From a virus (Duplodnaviria > Caudoviricetes): DNA of 62,400 nucleotides. The position numbers and the translations under genes were made by a program. A model generated the notes under the pieces. That model worked only from the letters and a program-made list of their open reading frames with translations, did not search any database and was not told where the DNA came from. Location: positions 1-62,400 of IMG/VR virus record IMGVR_UViG_3300030430_003380, one strand, 5' to 3'. Positions within the stretch are counted from its first letter, which is position 1. Each line of letters starts with the position of its first letter. This document shows positions 7,004-16,198 of the stretch, piece by piece.

Positions 7004-9127
7004 ATGAAATCACCCCTTAAGAAATCCATAGGTGAGGTAGTCACTGATTACGGAACTAAGGTAATGAGAATACTAAAGAAAAGGCTACAGCGTAGCCTTT
7101 TTGATTTTTACGGAGACGTAAAAGCTGATAACCTTAGAACAAGGGAGACTATTAATCCTCCAACAACTCCTGTCGATGGTGACGGTGGTGTTATATATAC
7201 AAAATCTGCAGACGGAAAATTATATTACAAAAGTAATGAAGTTTCAGAAGTTGAGCTTAGTTCTAGTGGATCTACACTAACCACTGAACAAGTTCAAGAT
7301 ATTGTTGGAGCTATGTTTAGTAGTAATACTGAAACTAATATTACAGCCACCTATGAAGACTCTGATGGGACAATAGATCTTGTAGCTACAGATACAAACA
7401 CACAGCTTAGCACAGAGCAAGTCCAAGATATTGTAGGTGCAATGTTTACTGGTAATACTGAAACAAGAATATCTGCTACATACGAGGATAGTGACGGTAC
7501 TATTGATTTAGTTGTAAATGATATACCTGTTGATTTAACTGTAAGTGGGGATGGAACTATTCACGCTGACAATGTACCTACATTAAATCAAAATACTACT
7601 GGTAATGCAGCAACTGCTACTGCTTTAACGTCTGGTAATAAAATTATTCAAGGTGATTTAGAGCTGCAAGGTAATTTATTGTTTAGCCAAACAGACGGGG
7701 GTCCTCAAAGTATTCATGACGCTCAAGATAATGCTGTTATTACAATTGCTGATGATGGTTTAACAACATTATTAGCTGCAGGAGATTTAGATATAGGAAA
7801 TCATGATTTTAGAGCTAAAAGCTTTACATCTGATGTGGCTACAGGTACAGCACCATTTACAGTTTCTTCTACTACAGAGGTAGCTAATTTAAACGCAGCA
7901 ACTGCTACAAATTTAACATCAGGAGATAAAACTTTAAATGGAATAATTACCTCAAAAGGACTTGTAGTAGATGATAATAGAAGTGTAACCCCAAGCGTAG
8001 ATGGTGTAGCAATACACGTTGATGCTATGGATGTAACAGATAGTAGCACATCTGCATCAGGAACAGCAAGTACCTATAATCATATAACTTTTGAAAATCC
8101 TAGATTATTTGCTACAAATGCATCTGTAACAACTACTGATGCAGCTACTGTATTTATAAAAGGAGCTCCATTTCCAAGCACCAATCAAACTATTACTAAT
8201 AATTATGCTCTTAAAATTAACTCTGGAGATAGTTATTTTGCAGGAGATATAATAGCTGCAAATAACACTATAAAAGACTCTGGAGGTAACACAATAATAT
8301 CATCTGATGGTAGTGGTGTTGTTACTATGGCAGGAGGAAATATAGTTATTGGTGGTAGTAATGCTAAGATTAACCTGAATGCTGGTTCTGATGTAGTATT
8401 AGAAGCAGATAATGCTGGAGGTAGCTTATCTTCTTCTATACAATATGTTGACGCTGCTGGAACAAATAGAATTATGTTAGGAGCTGATAGCAATGCAGTA
8501 GTATTAGCTAATAGAGCTTCAAATGGTACAGTACAAATTAGAGCTAATACATCTACTGCAGGTGGTAGTGGTGAGGTAACTGTTGTTACAGTACAGGATA
8601 ATCAAGTTGATATATCTCAAAATTTAAATGTTACAGGAACAATTACAGGTAAACAGTATCAAGTATTTCCAACTAACTTTATAGATGATATTGGTACTTC
8701 TGAGGTTTTTCTGCCTATACATGGAACAACATTTGAGCAATCTTTAGTTTACCAAGATGATGTAGCTTTAGTGGCTCCATGTGATGGTAGAGTAGTATCT
8801 GTTACTCTTAGCATAATGAGTGTAACAGGTACTTCTGACGTTAATGTTAGGGTTTATAGTAGAGCCCCAGATAACTCAGGTACAAGTTTAGCTAATTGGA
8901 CTTTAGAAGAAACTGAAGAAGTAAATATAACTTCTAGTGATGATAACCACGTTGTGCATTTTGGTTTTAGTAATGCTAAACATTTTGAAAGTACAGAAAA
9001 ATTTGCAATATCAATACAAGCAGACTCAGATATAATGAGTAATACATTTATCTATGCAACAACAGTAATAGAATGGGATTATAGCACTTTGTTAGGAGCA
9101 AGTGCAAAATATGATTCAGTACCTTAG
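7004..9127 (+). CDS. Tail fibre/spike-like protein
   Basis: T/S/G/N-rich; EQVQDIVGAMF repeats; PTLNQNTTGNAATAT and VATGTAPFTVSSTTEVANLNA fibre motifs. Confidence 0.75.
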   Translation: MKSPLKKSIGEVVTDYGTKVMRILKKRLQRSLFDFYGDVKADNLRTRETINPPTTPVDGDGGVIYTKSADGKLYYKSNEVSEVELSSSGSTLTTEQVQDIVGAMFSSNTETNITATYEDSDGTIDLVATDTNTQLSTEQVQDIVGAMFTGNTETRISATYEDSDGTIDLVVNDIPVDLTVSGDGTIHADNVPTLNQNTTGNAATATALTSGNKIIQGDLELQGNLLFSQTDGGPQSIHDAQDNAVITIADDGLTTLLAAGDLDIGNHDFRAKSFTSDVATGTAPFTVSSTTEVANLNAATATNLTSGDKTLNGIITSKGLVVDDNRSVTPSVDGVAIHVDAMDVTDSSTSASGTASTYNHITFENPRLFATNASVTTTDAATVFIKGAPFPSTNQTITNNYALKINSGDSYFAGDIIAANNTIKDSGGNTIISSDGSGVVTMAGGNIVIGGSNAKINLNAGSDVVLEADNAGGSLSSSIQYVDAAGTNRIMLGADSNAVVLANRASNGTVQIRANTSTAGGSGEVTVVTVQDNQVDISQNLNVTGTITGKQYQVFPTNFIDDIGTSEVFLPIHGTTFEQSLVYQDDVALVAPCDGRVVSVTLSIMSVTGTSDVNVRVYSRAPDNSGTSLANWTLEETEEVNITSSDDNHVVHFGFSNAKHFESTEKFAISIQADSDIMSNTFIYATTVIEWDYSTLLGASAKYDSVP
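7277..7513 (+). repeat. Two 36-aa direct repeats (LxTEQVQDIVGAMFxxNTETxIxATYEDSDGTIDLV)
   Basis: 7277-7384 and 7406-7513. Confidence 0.9.
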
Positions 9128-9146
9128 ACAAAATAAAATAATTTTA

Positions 9147-9154
9147 TATATTTG
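9147..9154 (+). promoter_or_regulatory. -7 promoter element TATATTTG
   Basis: Exact TAnnTTTG upstream of 9179. Confidence 0.65.
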
Positions 9155-9178
9155 CAAACACACATAATTTAAACTAAA

Positions 9179-9577
9179 ATGGCAACAGTAACACCAAAAT
9201 TAACAATAACAAGCACTGACTTACTATCTCAGAACTTAAATTTATCTTTATCTACATCTATTACTGCAAGCTCTACTACAGGTTTAGCTCGTAACGCAAT
9301 AACATCTACAGCTAAAGGCACAGCATCTGGTCAAGTAACATTACACACAGCAGCAGATTTTACAGCTCCTGCCTATCTATATGTGAAAAATACAGACTCT
9401 ACAGCATCAGACCATATAATAGTATATGATGCTACTACATCTGGAAATCCTATACTTTTATTATTGCAGGGTGGAGAGTTTGCTTTTATGCCTCTAAATA
9501 GTTCTATAGATTTAAAAGCTTACGCTGTAACTAGCGGAACAGTAGTTGAGTTTATGGTATTTGGTACAGAAGCTTAA
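9179..9577 (+). CDS. Small beta-rich putative virion protein
   Basis: YLYVKNTD...LQGGEFAFMP...VEFMVF, jelly-roll-like pattern. Confidence 0.55.
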   Translation: MATVTPKLTITSTDLLSQNLNLSLSTSITASSTTGLARNAITSTAKGTASGQVTLHTAADFTAPAYLYVKNTDSTASDHIIVYDATTSGNPILLLLQGGEFAFMPLNSSIDLKAYAVTSGTVVEFMVFGTEA

Positions 9578-9954
9578 GACTTCTTTTCCCAAGATTTTCT
9601 ATAATCACTTTGAACCTTTACACACCCTTCACATCGACAGCCATTTCTATAAGCTGTCGTTGAAGGACAAGGTTTACCCTGCCTATTTCTAGCTGCTTTA
9701 TAGTTACAACTCTTGTGTGAGAAAGCTATGTTGTCAATATCAAAAAACAAACCCCTGGGATCTTCTGAGTGAAGCCAAGGGGTTTTGTGTTCTATAGTAA
9801 ATTTATCTGAGTCTTTTATCTCTGCAGCACACTGATAACACCAGTGCATATCTAATTTCTTTGCAAACTCAAATAAAAGGTTTTTTTTGAGCCTATTAGA
9901 AGCAGTGCCAGGATCCATCCCTAACTGTTTAGTCTTCTCGTTCTTGATCCCCAT
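9574..9954 (-). CDS. HNH endonuclease with C-terminal Zn knuckle
   Basis: CYQC...TIEH...NIAFSHKSCN; CPS..AY..GCRCEGC. Confidence 0.8.
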   Translation of the reverse strand: MGIKNEKTKQLGMDPGTASNRLKKNLLFEFAKKLDMHWCYQCAAEIKDSDKFTIEHKTPWLHSEDPRGLFFDIDNIAFSHKSCNYKAARNRQGKPCPSTTAYRNGCRCEGCVKVQSDYRKSWEKKS

Positions 9955-10066
9955 CGTTAGATGAAATACTAATTACGTTACCAACAGGATCTTGACATAT
10001 TACAACACATAACTCGTCAATCCAATAGACACTATATATTATATTTAAAGTGCTACTATAAATCAT
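9929..10066 (-). CDS. 45-aa hypothetical protein
   Basis: Hand-translated MIYSSTLNIIYSVYWIDELCVVICQDPVG...; ATGA-coupled to upstream ORF. Confidence 0.4.
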   Translation of the reverse strand: MIYSSTLNIIYSVYWIDELCVVICQDPVGNVISISSNDGDQERED

Positions 10067-10176
10067 TTCTTTAATTTATTTAACGTTCCGTATACATACT
10101 TATCTTGAAGCTTTTTATTATTAGGAAACTTCTTCTTTGCTCTTTTGTATAACTTTTTCTTTAAAGCCTTAGGCAT
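10063..10176 (-). CDS. 37-aa basic peptide
   Basis: Hand-translated MPKALKKKLYKRAKKKFPNNKKLQDKYVYGTLNKLKK; overlaps both neighbours as in a coupled operon. Confidence 0.65.
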   Translation of the reverse strand: MPKALKKKLYKRAKKKFPNNKKLQDKYVYGTLNKLKK

Positions 10177-10462
10177 TTCTACTTCTTCTTATTGATTCTT
10201 TACCACGTTTGAATATACTAGCAACTTCACTTTTACCCATAACCTTAGCACGCTGCTCGCCTACAGTCAATATCTGTATCTTTCTAGCGTATGGTTTACT
10301 AATACGTTTAACTTTTGCAACAGTTGCCCTAGCATCTGCAGGAGTAGCAAACTTAATACTAACAGTGTCTTTTGGGTTTTCATCTGTATACAGTCGCCTA
10401 CCAGAACCTTTTGGTTTTTTACCAGTGCCAACTTTTGGATCACGTTTAACTGCTTTTGCCAT
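10169..10462 (-). CDS. Basic conserved phage protein (97 aa; start MAKAVKRDPK)
   Basis: DPKVGTGKKPKGSGRRLYTDENPKDTVSIKF motif; upstream extension in the ORF track runs through promoter-like non-coding DNA. Confidence 0.7.
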   Translation of the reverse strand: MAKAVKRDPKVGTGKKPKGSGRRLYTDENPKDTVSIKFATPADARATVAKVKRISKPYARKIQILTVGEQRAKVMGKSEVASIFKRGKESIRRSRNA

Positions 10463-10479
10463 AGTTTGATTTTTTGCCA

Positions 10480-11000
10480 AGGTATAAAAATTTTTTGAGA
10501 AGTAAAAAGGGTGGGGGTTATATATTAGTGTGACGTGTGCGATTGCAAACCCGAAACCGAATCTCTGCATGGGGGTGCCTAAAGTCGAATCCAACCCACC
10601 GATTACAAACACCGATTACTATATTCAGTTCAGCTGTAACTAAAGTACAACTAAGCTACTATTTATCTACTCTAAGGCGAAATTTAATCTTGTACAGGGA
10701 ATGGGGCATATGGTCGTAGCTCCACGAGATCTCAAGAAGGACATTCCAACCCTCTGCTTGATGATCATTTTACCCTCTGCTTCCAGACGGACTGTATCCG
10801 ATGACTTGGAGTATCATCCTGTATAAATGTGTGTGAGAGGGAGAGAGATAGGGAGTAACCCCCCAAACCTTACATCAGACATCAAAACATCCACTTATAC
10901 AGGCAAACATACCACAGGATAATTATCGTGTGTTACAGGGCTTCTAACTAATTATGTGGTATAATTATTTTACCACCTTCCTGTAGGCTATTAAAGGGCA
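10480..11000. other. Long non-coding region; candidate genome terminus/packaging or origin region
   Basis: No credible ORF, higher GC, G-runs, short direct repeats; separates early genes from late/HNH genes. Confidence 0.45.
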
Positions 11001-11001
11001 T

Positions 11002-11027
11002 AAAAAAAGGGAGCAAACGCTCCCCTT
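11002..11027 (-). terminator. Intrinsic terminator
   Basis: GGGAGC-gttt-GCTCCC followed by T7 on minus strand. Confidence 0.85.
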
Positions 11028-11087
11028 GATTAGTCATCGTACATTGATTTAAACAAAGCACATAAGACTACAATCGATAGTAACAGG

Positions 11088-11639
11088 CTAATCAACTTCA
11101 TGACCATCCTCCTGTAGCATTTCAGATGGTACATCTTGTGAAGATGGGCATACCTTGTCAATGATTCTATCTATAAGCCCTGTTAAAGCCTCATCATCGA
11201 AATCTGCATCGAATTCAATATCCTCTGCTACACTATCCCAATTTACATCAGAGTATGAAAGGCTATAATCATTAAGGATGATTTCATTATTGTGTTGTAC
11301 ATCAAAACTCTCATCCGATACTTCTACATCACTCTCTACATTTCTCTCAAATGAATCTTCAATACTATCTACATCAAGATTAAAACTAAGGAGTTCTCTC
11401 TCCGTTACTCTATTGAATGCATCTCTTAAGATATGTCTTAAATCATCAGCCTCTATACCACCTTTATTGATGTTAGTTTCGATGTCTAATACCTTAGCGT
11501 TAAGTTCTTCTAACTGCTCTGTCATAGACTTAACTTCATTGTACAATTCAGCCAATGGTTGTAGCTGATTTTCGAAGGCTTTAGCCTTGCTTACTAATTG
11601 ATGAATGTCTGAGATAATCTCTCTTGAAAAATTGTTCAT
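11088..11639 (-). CDS. Highly acidic early protein with N-terminal coiled coil
   Basis: D/E-rich C-terminal two-thirds. Confidence 0.7.
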   Translation of the reverse strand: MNNFSREIISDIHQLVSKAKAFENQLQPLAELYNEVKSMTEQLEELNAKVLDIETNINKGGIEADDLRHILRDAFNRVTERELLSFNLDVDSIEDSFERNVESDVEVSDESFDVQHNNEIILNDYSLSYSDVNWDSVAEDIEFDADFDDEALTGLIDRIIDKVCPSSQDVPSEMLQEDGHEVD

Positions 11640-11656
11640 GATTAATTGATTTTAGG

Positions 11657-11872
11657 TTAAATTGAAAATAGGTTAATTGGTTGCTCTTGTTCAGCGTAGA
11701 TATTAGTACTGCCATCATCGTGAAATTCAATGACAACTACACTTGCTCCACTTCTATGGAGTTTATCAATACACTTGAATTGAATTGGTGTAATATTCCA
11801 ACTGAATGTGCCTCTTGGCTTCTCAGTTCCATCAGCATTAACACCGATTACTTTAATAGTACTCTGCTTCAT
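11657..11872 (-). CDS. Hypothetical early protein
   Basis: ATG preceded by AACCAATTAAACCAA leader motif. Confidence 0.65.
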   Translation of the reverse strand: MKQSTIKVIGVNADGTEKPRGTFSWNITPIQFKCIDKLHRSGASVVVIEFHDDGSTNIYAEQEQPINLFSI

Positions 11873-11988
11873 AATTACTTGGTTTAATTGGTTAATAATG
11901 GCATAAAGATAATCAAATAATTGATACCTACAAGTACTGGTCTACTTGTACCCCTACACTTTTGATACATCTCTCTGCATATGTGTGC

Positions 11989-12018
11989 AAAAAAGAAAAG
12001 GGAGCATCTCTGCTCCCC
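11989..12018 (-). terminator. Intrinsic terminator
   Basis: GGGAGCA-gaga-TGCTCCC plus T-rich tail after DUF932 gene. Confidence 0.85.
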
Positions 12019-12038
12019 TGTTTTCATATGTGTGCCTG

Positions 12039-13031
12039 TTACACAAGTACAGATGTCTTCGTTGGCTCCTGTAACCATCTAACGATAGTATTGTAGGCAA
12101 CAAGATTCTTCTTGTACCCTGCACCTACCATCAAGTGATTAAGGTCTTTCTCCTTCTTCTCCATGTGGTTAGTGTAACGTGTAACTGCGTTAAACAATGT
12201 CCACAGGCTTTCTCCACCCTTCTGCTCCTTCTCGATGTTATACGCCTTAGCAAACATCTGAACGTTATTCTTAGTTCGTGTGCCTATCTCAGTTTTACCC
12301 TTTGGATTGAATAGGTTATTGATTACCTTAGTGACAATATCCTGCGTAATCTCAGCTGATGCCATATTGTGATAGTTCTCTATAACTTTAGCCTCCCCAT
12401 TCATAGCAGATTCAAAGCCTTGAATAGCCTGTGCTAATCTGTCACTTGCAGATGCAGTATGTCTAAACTTACTAATGTCTTTAAGGGCAGTGTAAAAAGT
12501 GTTAGAGCATATCACTACTTCATTAGTACTACCAAAGCCAATACTGGAACTACCATCATGTGAATTAAGGCAAGTGATGTATCTCTTGATACCATTGTTC
12601 TGATAGTTACCTACATTAACCTGTGGTAATGATAGCTGAAAGAATACCTTCTTACCATCCTGTAGGTTGCCACCTCTTAAATCTCCACCATATTGTGATT
12701 GTAAGTCTACTAAAGTTTCAGCTAAAATATCATTCTGCATAACTTCATATCTCGCACCTACAACACCAAGATTCTCATTGTTGTCACTACGGAATAATCC
12801 TCTACTATTAGTGGTCAATAACATACCACCATCTTCATCATCTTTTCTTGCTACCAATGGAAGGTCTAATACGTTCCATGCATTCCCTGTATCAGATAAC
12901 AGGTCGGCTATCTTAATGCCTCTTTTAATCTGCTTGTCATTTGTCATAACTAAAGGTTTAATTGATTTGATTTTTGTGCCTTCTGAAAAGTTAGGCATCT
13001 CGTTTAAAAAATTTTCTACGATGTTACTCAT
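12039..13031 (-). CDS. DUF932 (phage/plasmid TIGR03299-like) protein
   Basis: GVVGARYEVMQN...GKKVF...LNSHDGSSS...VICSNT...FRHT...LWTLFNAVTRYTNH. Confidence 0.88.
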   Translation of the reverse strand: MSNIVENFLNEMPNFSEGTKIKSIKPLVMTNDKQIKRGIKIADLLSDTGNAWNVLDLPLVARKDDEDGGMLLTTNSRGLFRSDNNENLGVVGARYEVMQNDILAETLVDLQSQYGGDLRGGNLQDGKKVFFQLSLPQVNVGNYQNNGIKRYITCLNSHDGSSSIGFGSTNEVVICSNTFYTALKDISKFRHTASASDRLAQAIQGFESAMNGEAKVIENYHNMASAEITQDIVTKVINNLFNPKGKTEIGTRTKNNVQMFAKAYNIEKEQKGGESLWTLFNAVTRYTNHMEKKEKDLNHLMVGAGYKKNLVAYNTIVRWLQEPTKTSVLV

Positions 13032-13062
13032 AATTAAAAGGTTAATTGGTTAATAATTTCAG

Positions 13063-13093
13063 CTAATATATAAATTAATATTAAACTACCAAA
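13063..13093 (-). promoter_or_regulatory. Bacteroidota sigma-A-type promoter (TTTG-19nt-TATATTAG)
   Basis: -33 and near-consensus -7 with canonical spacing. Confidence 0.65.
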
Positions 13094-13109
13094 ACTTTTT
13101 TCAGCTAAT

Positions 13110-13137
13110 AAAAAAAGGGGTACATTTCTGCACCCCT
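13110..13137 (-). terminator. Intrinsic terminator
   Basis: GGGGTGCA-gaaa-TGTACCCC plus T7. Confidence 0.85.
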
Positions 13138-13156
13138 CTTAACCAATCAACACCAA

Positions 13157-13549
13157 CTAAAAACTTGTCAAGCAAGTGGGACAACAAGTGAACACATCTG
13201 TGTACTCAACCACCTCGTTACACTTGCTACATAAATCTTTGTATATGCGTGTGATATTCTCATCCTTGCTAACGATATCCTCTTCCTGTTTCATTACTTC
13301 CATAGTTACCCTTTCCGTTTCCTTCCACATCTTAAAGTAATCTTGATTAAGGTCACATAACTCCTCTATGTCGTTAAGGTCTACAAGTAAGCTATACCCT
13401 TCAATTTGTGGTATCTCTATCCTTCCTTTGTCTACATGCGAGAGTATTCTATTTATACTATTATGCACAAGCCTTAGTCTAACTAATAACTCATGCTCTC
13501 TAACTGAAAAATCCACCTTCATAACTTTATACTCTACTACAATAAACAC
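13157..13549 (-). CDS. Hypothetical protein with C-terminal Zn ribbon
   Basis: CSKC...CCPTC; start could be a downstream Met (MKVDF). Confidence 0.65.
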   Translation of the reverse strand: MFIVVEYKVMKVDFSVREHELLVRLRLVHNSINRILSHVDKGRIEIPQIEGYSLLVDLNDIEELCDLNQDYFKMWKETERVTMEVMKQEEDIVSKDENITRIYKDLCSKCNEVVEYTDVFTCCPTCLTSF

Positions 13550-14048
13550 TCTCTAATCTTCTGTACTGAAAGTCATATTGGTCTAAAGAATGGTAGAATA
13601 TACCATCATCTGTAGCAATGACTTTATCTTCTCTCGTTTCATTAAAAATTGTATCCTTAAGATAATCCTGTAACTCTGTTTCTCTATCAGCTATAGCTTT
13701 AGCAAACTCTATCTGATTGAGTATACGCACTTCGTTTACGTTACATAGTATTTCTACTGCGTAAGCATCTTGTGGTAAGGTGTAGTAACGATAACTTCCA
13801 CTATCATCAACACCATCCTCTGATATGTCATAAAACTCATACCCATTCTTAACCTTCTCTACTACCATAACATCTTCTTCCTCATTCTTATAAGCCTCAG
13901 TCTTACAATAAGCATCAGCCTCTTGTTTAGTATCGAATAACTTTATCTCTGTACCATTCTCTGAAGAATGCCCTTCTCCATTCCATGTATCTACTGCGAT
14001 ATACTTTTTACTTTGCTTCATCTTGTTTTGTTTTAAGGAAATCTCCAA
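13527..14048 (-). CDS. Hypothetical acidic early protein
   Basis: Operonic overlap; start probably MKQSKK. Confidence 0.65.
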   Translation of the reverse strand: MEISLKQNKMKQSKKYIAVDTWNGEGHSSENGTEIKLFDTKQEADAYCKTEAYKNEEEDVMVVEKVKNGYEFYDISEDGVDDSGSYRYYTLPQDAYAVEILCNVNEVRILNQIEFAKAIADRETELQDYLKDTIFNETREDKVIATDDGIFYHSLDQYDFQYRRLESVYCSRV

Positions 14049-14238
14049 GTAATCCTGTGATTTCTGTTTCTACACTTTCTACAAAAATTGTCTTGTAATC
14101 ATCTGAACTACATTGAGTACTAATACTTGCGTATGGTACTTCAATAGCCTCAGCTAATTTCTTTACTGCCTCTCTTACTTCTGAAACATCTTCAGCGTAA
14201 TAAGGAATACTGATAATAAATCGTTTGTGTTCTGCCAT
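14008..14238 (-). CDS. Hypothetical early protein
   Basis: Leader motif upstream, operonic. Confidence 0.65.
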   Translation of the reverse strand: MAEHKRFIISIPYYAEDVSEVREAVKKLAEAIEVPYASISTQCSSDDYKTIFVESVETEITGLLGDFLKTKQDEAK

Positions 14239-14239
14239 T

Positions 14240-14434
14240 TTAATCTTGGTTTAATTGGTTAACTTTAACTCTCGTATCCATTTGTATTCTTAGATACTCT
14301 TTTCCATCATCATCTATATCTACATCAGCAATATTACAATCTATTAGATTATCAATCTGACATAAATCTGTAAATGTTTTTATGTGTAATTCACACATAT
14401 CGTTACCGAAATAATCTTCAATTTTAATTATCAT
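14240..14434 (-). CDS. Hypothetical early protein
   Basis: Promoter and leader motif upstream. Confidence 0.65.
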   Translation of the reverse strand: MIIKIEDYFGNDMCELHIKTFTDLCQIDNLIDCNIADVDIDDDGKEYLRIQMDTRVKVNQLNQD

Positions 14435-14463
14435 TTGATTTGGTTTAATTGGTTAATATTTTA

Positions 14464-14471
14464 CAAACATA
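14464..14471 (-). promoter_or_regulatory. -7 promoter element TATGTTTG
   Basis: Exact TAnnTTTG immediately upstream of leader motif. Confidence 0.7.
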
Positions 14472-14578
14472 CACTTTTCTTTTGAAACCACAATACCTAT
14501 TGTATTTTTTTTCCTTACATTATGTTTCCAAAAACTCTTGAAACCCCCAGCAGTAAAGGATCGTGTGTGTGCGTGTGA

Positions 14579-14719
14579 GTGGTGAAGTCACATGCGAGAA
14601 TCGACAGAATATAGTTAGGGCTAGTGCATAACATTGTGACTTTGCACCACATTGTATATACTAAAAGATTTTCACCTTCGTACATAGGTCAAACTAATGC
14701 GTTAGCATGTACGAAAGTG
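14579..14719. other. Two long imperfect inverted repeats (structured RNA or DNA hairpins)
   Basis: GTGGTGAAGTCACA/TGTGACTTTGCACCAC and CACCTTCGTACAT/ATGTACGAAAGTG. Confidence 0.6.
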
Positions 14720-14839
14720 GTTTTTGTTTTTAAATTCTATTTAGAAATAAAAGCCATGTGGAAGTACATCACTTAAGATGGGGTAAAGTTATAAGAAATA
14801 ATATTTAAAATCAACAAGGGAATAAATTATTTTTATTTT

Positions 14840-14871
14840 TTTGTGATATTAAATTATTTTACCTATCATTG
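14840..14871 (+). promoter_or_regulatory. Bacteroidota-type promoter (TTTG-20nt-TATCATTG)
   Basis: -33/-7 spacing, followed by leader motif and 14905 ATG. Confidence 0.65.
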
Positions 14872-14904
14872 CAGAAGTAATTAACCAAATTAAACCAATT
14901 TATT

Positions 14905-15282
14905 ATGGGATATACAAGCGAAGTACATATAGCAGTACCAAAGAAAGCAGAGAAAGAAATGGATAAAGTTTTAAATAAACATAATCTTATAACAGAGGAT
15001 GAGTATAGTTATAAGTTTAAAAAAACACACCACACGCAGAGGTGGAAAGAACATACTAATGGTGTTACCACAGATAAGTCTAACGATATTATTTTATATC
15101 AAGCAAGTAGTCTTAAATGGTACGAAGAATATGATGATGTTCAAGGAATAACAAGTATAGTAGAGGAGTACGAGCCAAGTGGTGCGTGTATGGTATGTGT
15201 GGGAGAAGATGGTGCAGTACACTCTGATATGGGAGAATATCACGATGTGTTTAATGTATATGTAAAAGTAGAATTAGCTTAA
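14905..15282 (+). CDS. Hypothetical phage protein
   Basis: MGYTSEV...LKWY...VCVGED motif; first gene of rightward operon. Confidence 0.75.
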   Translation: MGYTSEVHIAVPKKAEKEMDKVLNKHNLITEDEYSYKFKKTHHTQRWKEHTNGVTTDKSNDIILYQASSLKWYEEYDDVQGITSIVEEYEPSGACMVCVGEDGAVHSDMGEYHDVFNVYVKVELA

Positions 15283-15298
15283 CTTAAATTAAATAAAA

Positions 15299-15751
15299 AT
15301 GAAAAACAAGACAATTGAATGGGGATGGGAAAAAGGTAAACCATCAAATGTAAGAAGTAAAGAACATCAAGCGTTCTTAATTAAGGAGTACAATAAGAAC
15401 AGACCAGAAGAATATCATGTCAAAGATATGGCTGAACTTAACAGAGCCTTATTAGATAACGAGATAAAGTATTTTGGTATGCGTAGCGTTACAATAACTG
15501 AACGAAGAGTGTATCACAAGGTAGCTAAGATAACTATTGAATTACCTAAAGATATTGAGTTAAAAGATACTGATGAATGGTTGCAAGGTAATGATGCTTG
15601 GGAACAACCTTTAGATAATAAATTTAAAGATGCTACACTTGAGTATGGCTTAGGTTTAGATAACCCATCTTGTGATGGAATGAATGATTCTATGGCAGAC
15701 AGAGAAACAAGATACCATATTAATGGTGAAAACTATGGGGGACACTTATAA
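15299..15751 (+). CDS. Hypothetical protein
   Basis: Operonic ORF. Confidence 0.7.
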   Translation: MKNKTIEWGWEKGKPSNVRSKEHQAFLIKEYNKNRPEEYHVKDMAELNRALLDNEIKYFGMRSVTITERRVYHKVAKITIELPKDIELKDTDEWLQGNDAWEQPLDNKFKDATLEYGLGLDNPSCDGMNDSMADRETRYHINGENYGGHL

Positions 15752-15981
15752 TGGCTAAGATATATATAGATAACGCAAAGTACATGGGTTTTATATGTGA
15801 TGTTGCTCATATGATGGTAGAGCAAAGTTTTAATATAGAAGATATATGGGATGATGGGGAATATAAAGAGGATGCTCAAATATTTTTTGATGAAAAATAT
15901 GATGAAGTAGAAACCATGTTAAACAACACCCTAAACATACATAGCAATGAACACTTTGACGGAGATAGTAGAGAGGTATGA
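15751..15981 (+). CDS. Hypothetical acidic protein
   Basis: Coupled ORF. Confidence 0.65.
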   Translation: MAKIYIDNAKYMGFICDVAHMMVEQSFNIEDIWDDGEYKEDAQIFFDEKYDEVETMLNNTLNIHSNEHFDGDSREV

Positions 15982-16198
15982 TGATGAGGAGTTCTTAAAG
16001 GCTGATGGTTTTGATGAGGCAGTCATAGGGGTATGTCACATTTCAAGAAGGTTGATATACTCCTATGCTAAGTGCATTGAGATATTAATACAGGGTGAAG
16101 GCATGAGTGAGATTGATGCTATAGAACATCTATCTTACAATGTTATTAATAGCTATGTGGGAGAAAAAACACCCATATGGTGTATAGATTATGAATAA
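15947..16198 (+). CDS. Conserved phage hypothetical protein
   Basis: ADGFDEAVIG...YS..KCIEIL...A.E...YN....YVGEKTPI motif. Confidence 0.8.
   Translation: MNTLTEIVERYDDEEFLKADGFDEAVIGVCHISRRLIYSYAKCIEILIQGEGMSEIDAIEHLSYNVINSYVGEKTPIWCIDYE

Noticed and set aside
10463-10719. N-terminal extension of the 147-aa ORF and the 60-aa plus-strand ORF
   Set aside because: They run through promoter-like, repeat-containing non-coding DNA; the conserved-looking protein begins at MAKAVKR
11884-12078. 64-aa minus-strand ORF
   Set aside because: Spans a terminator hairpin and the next promoter/leader; no protein-like features
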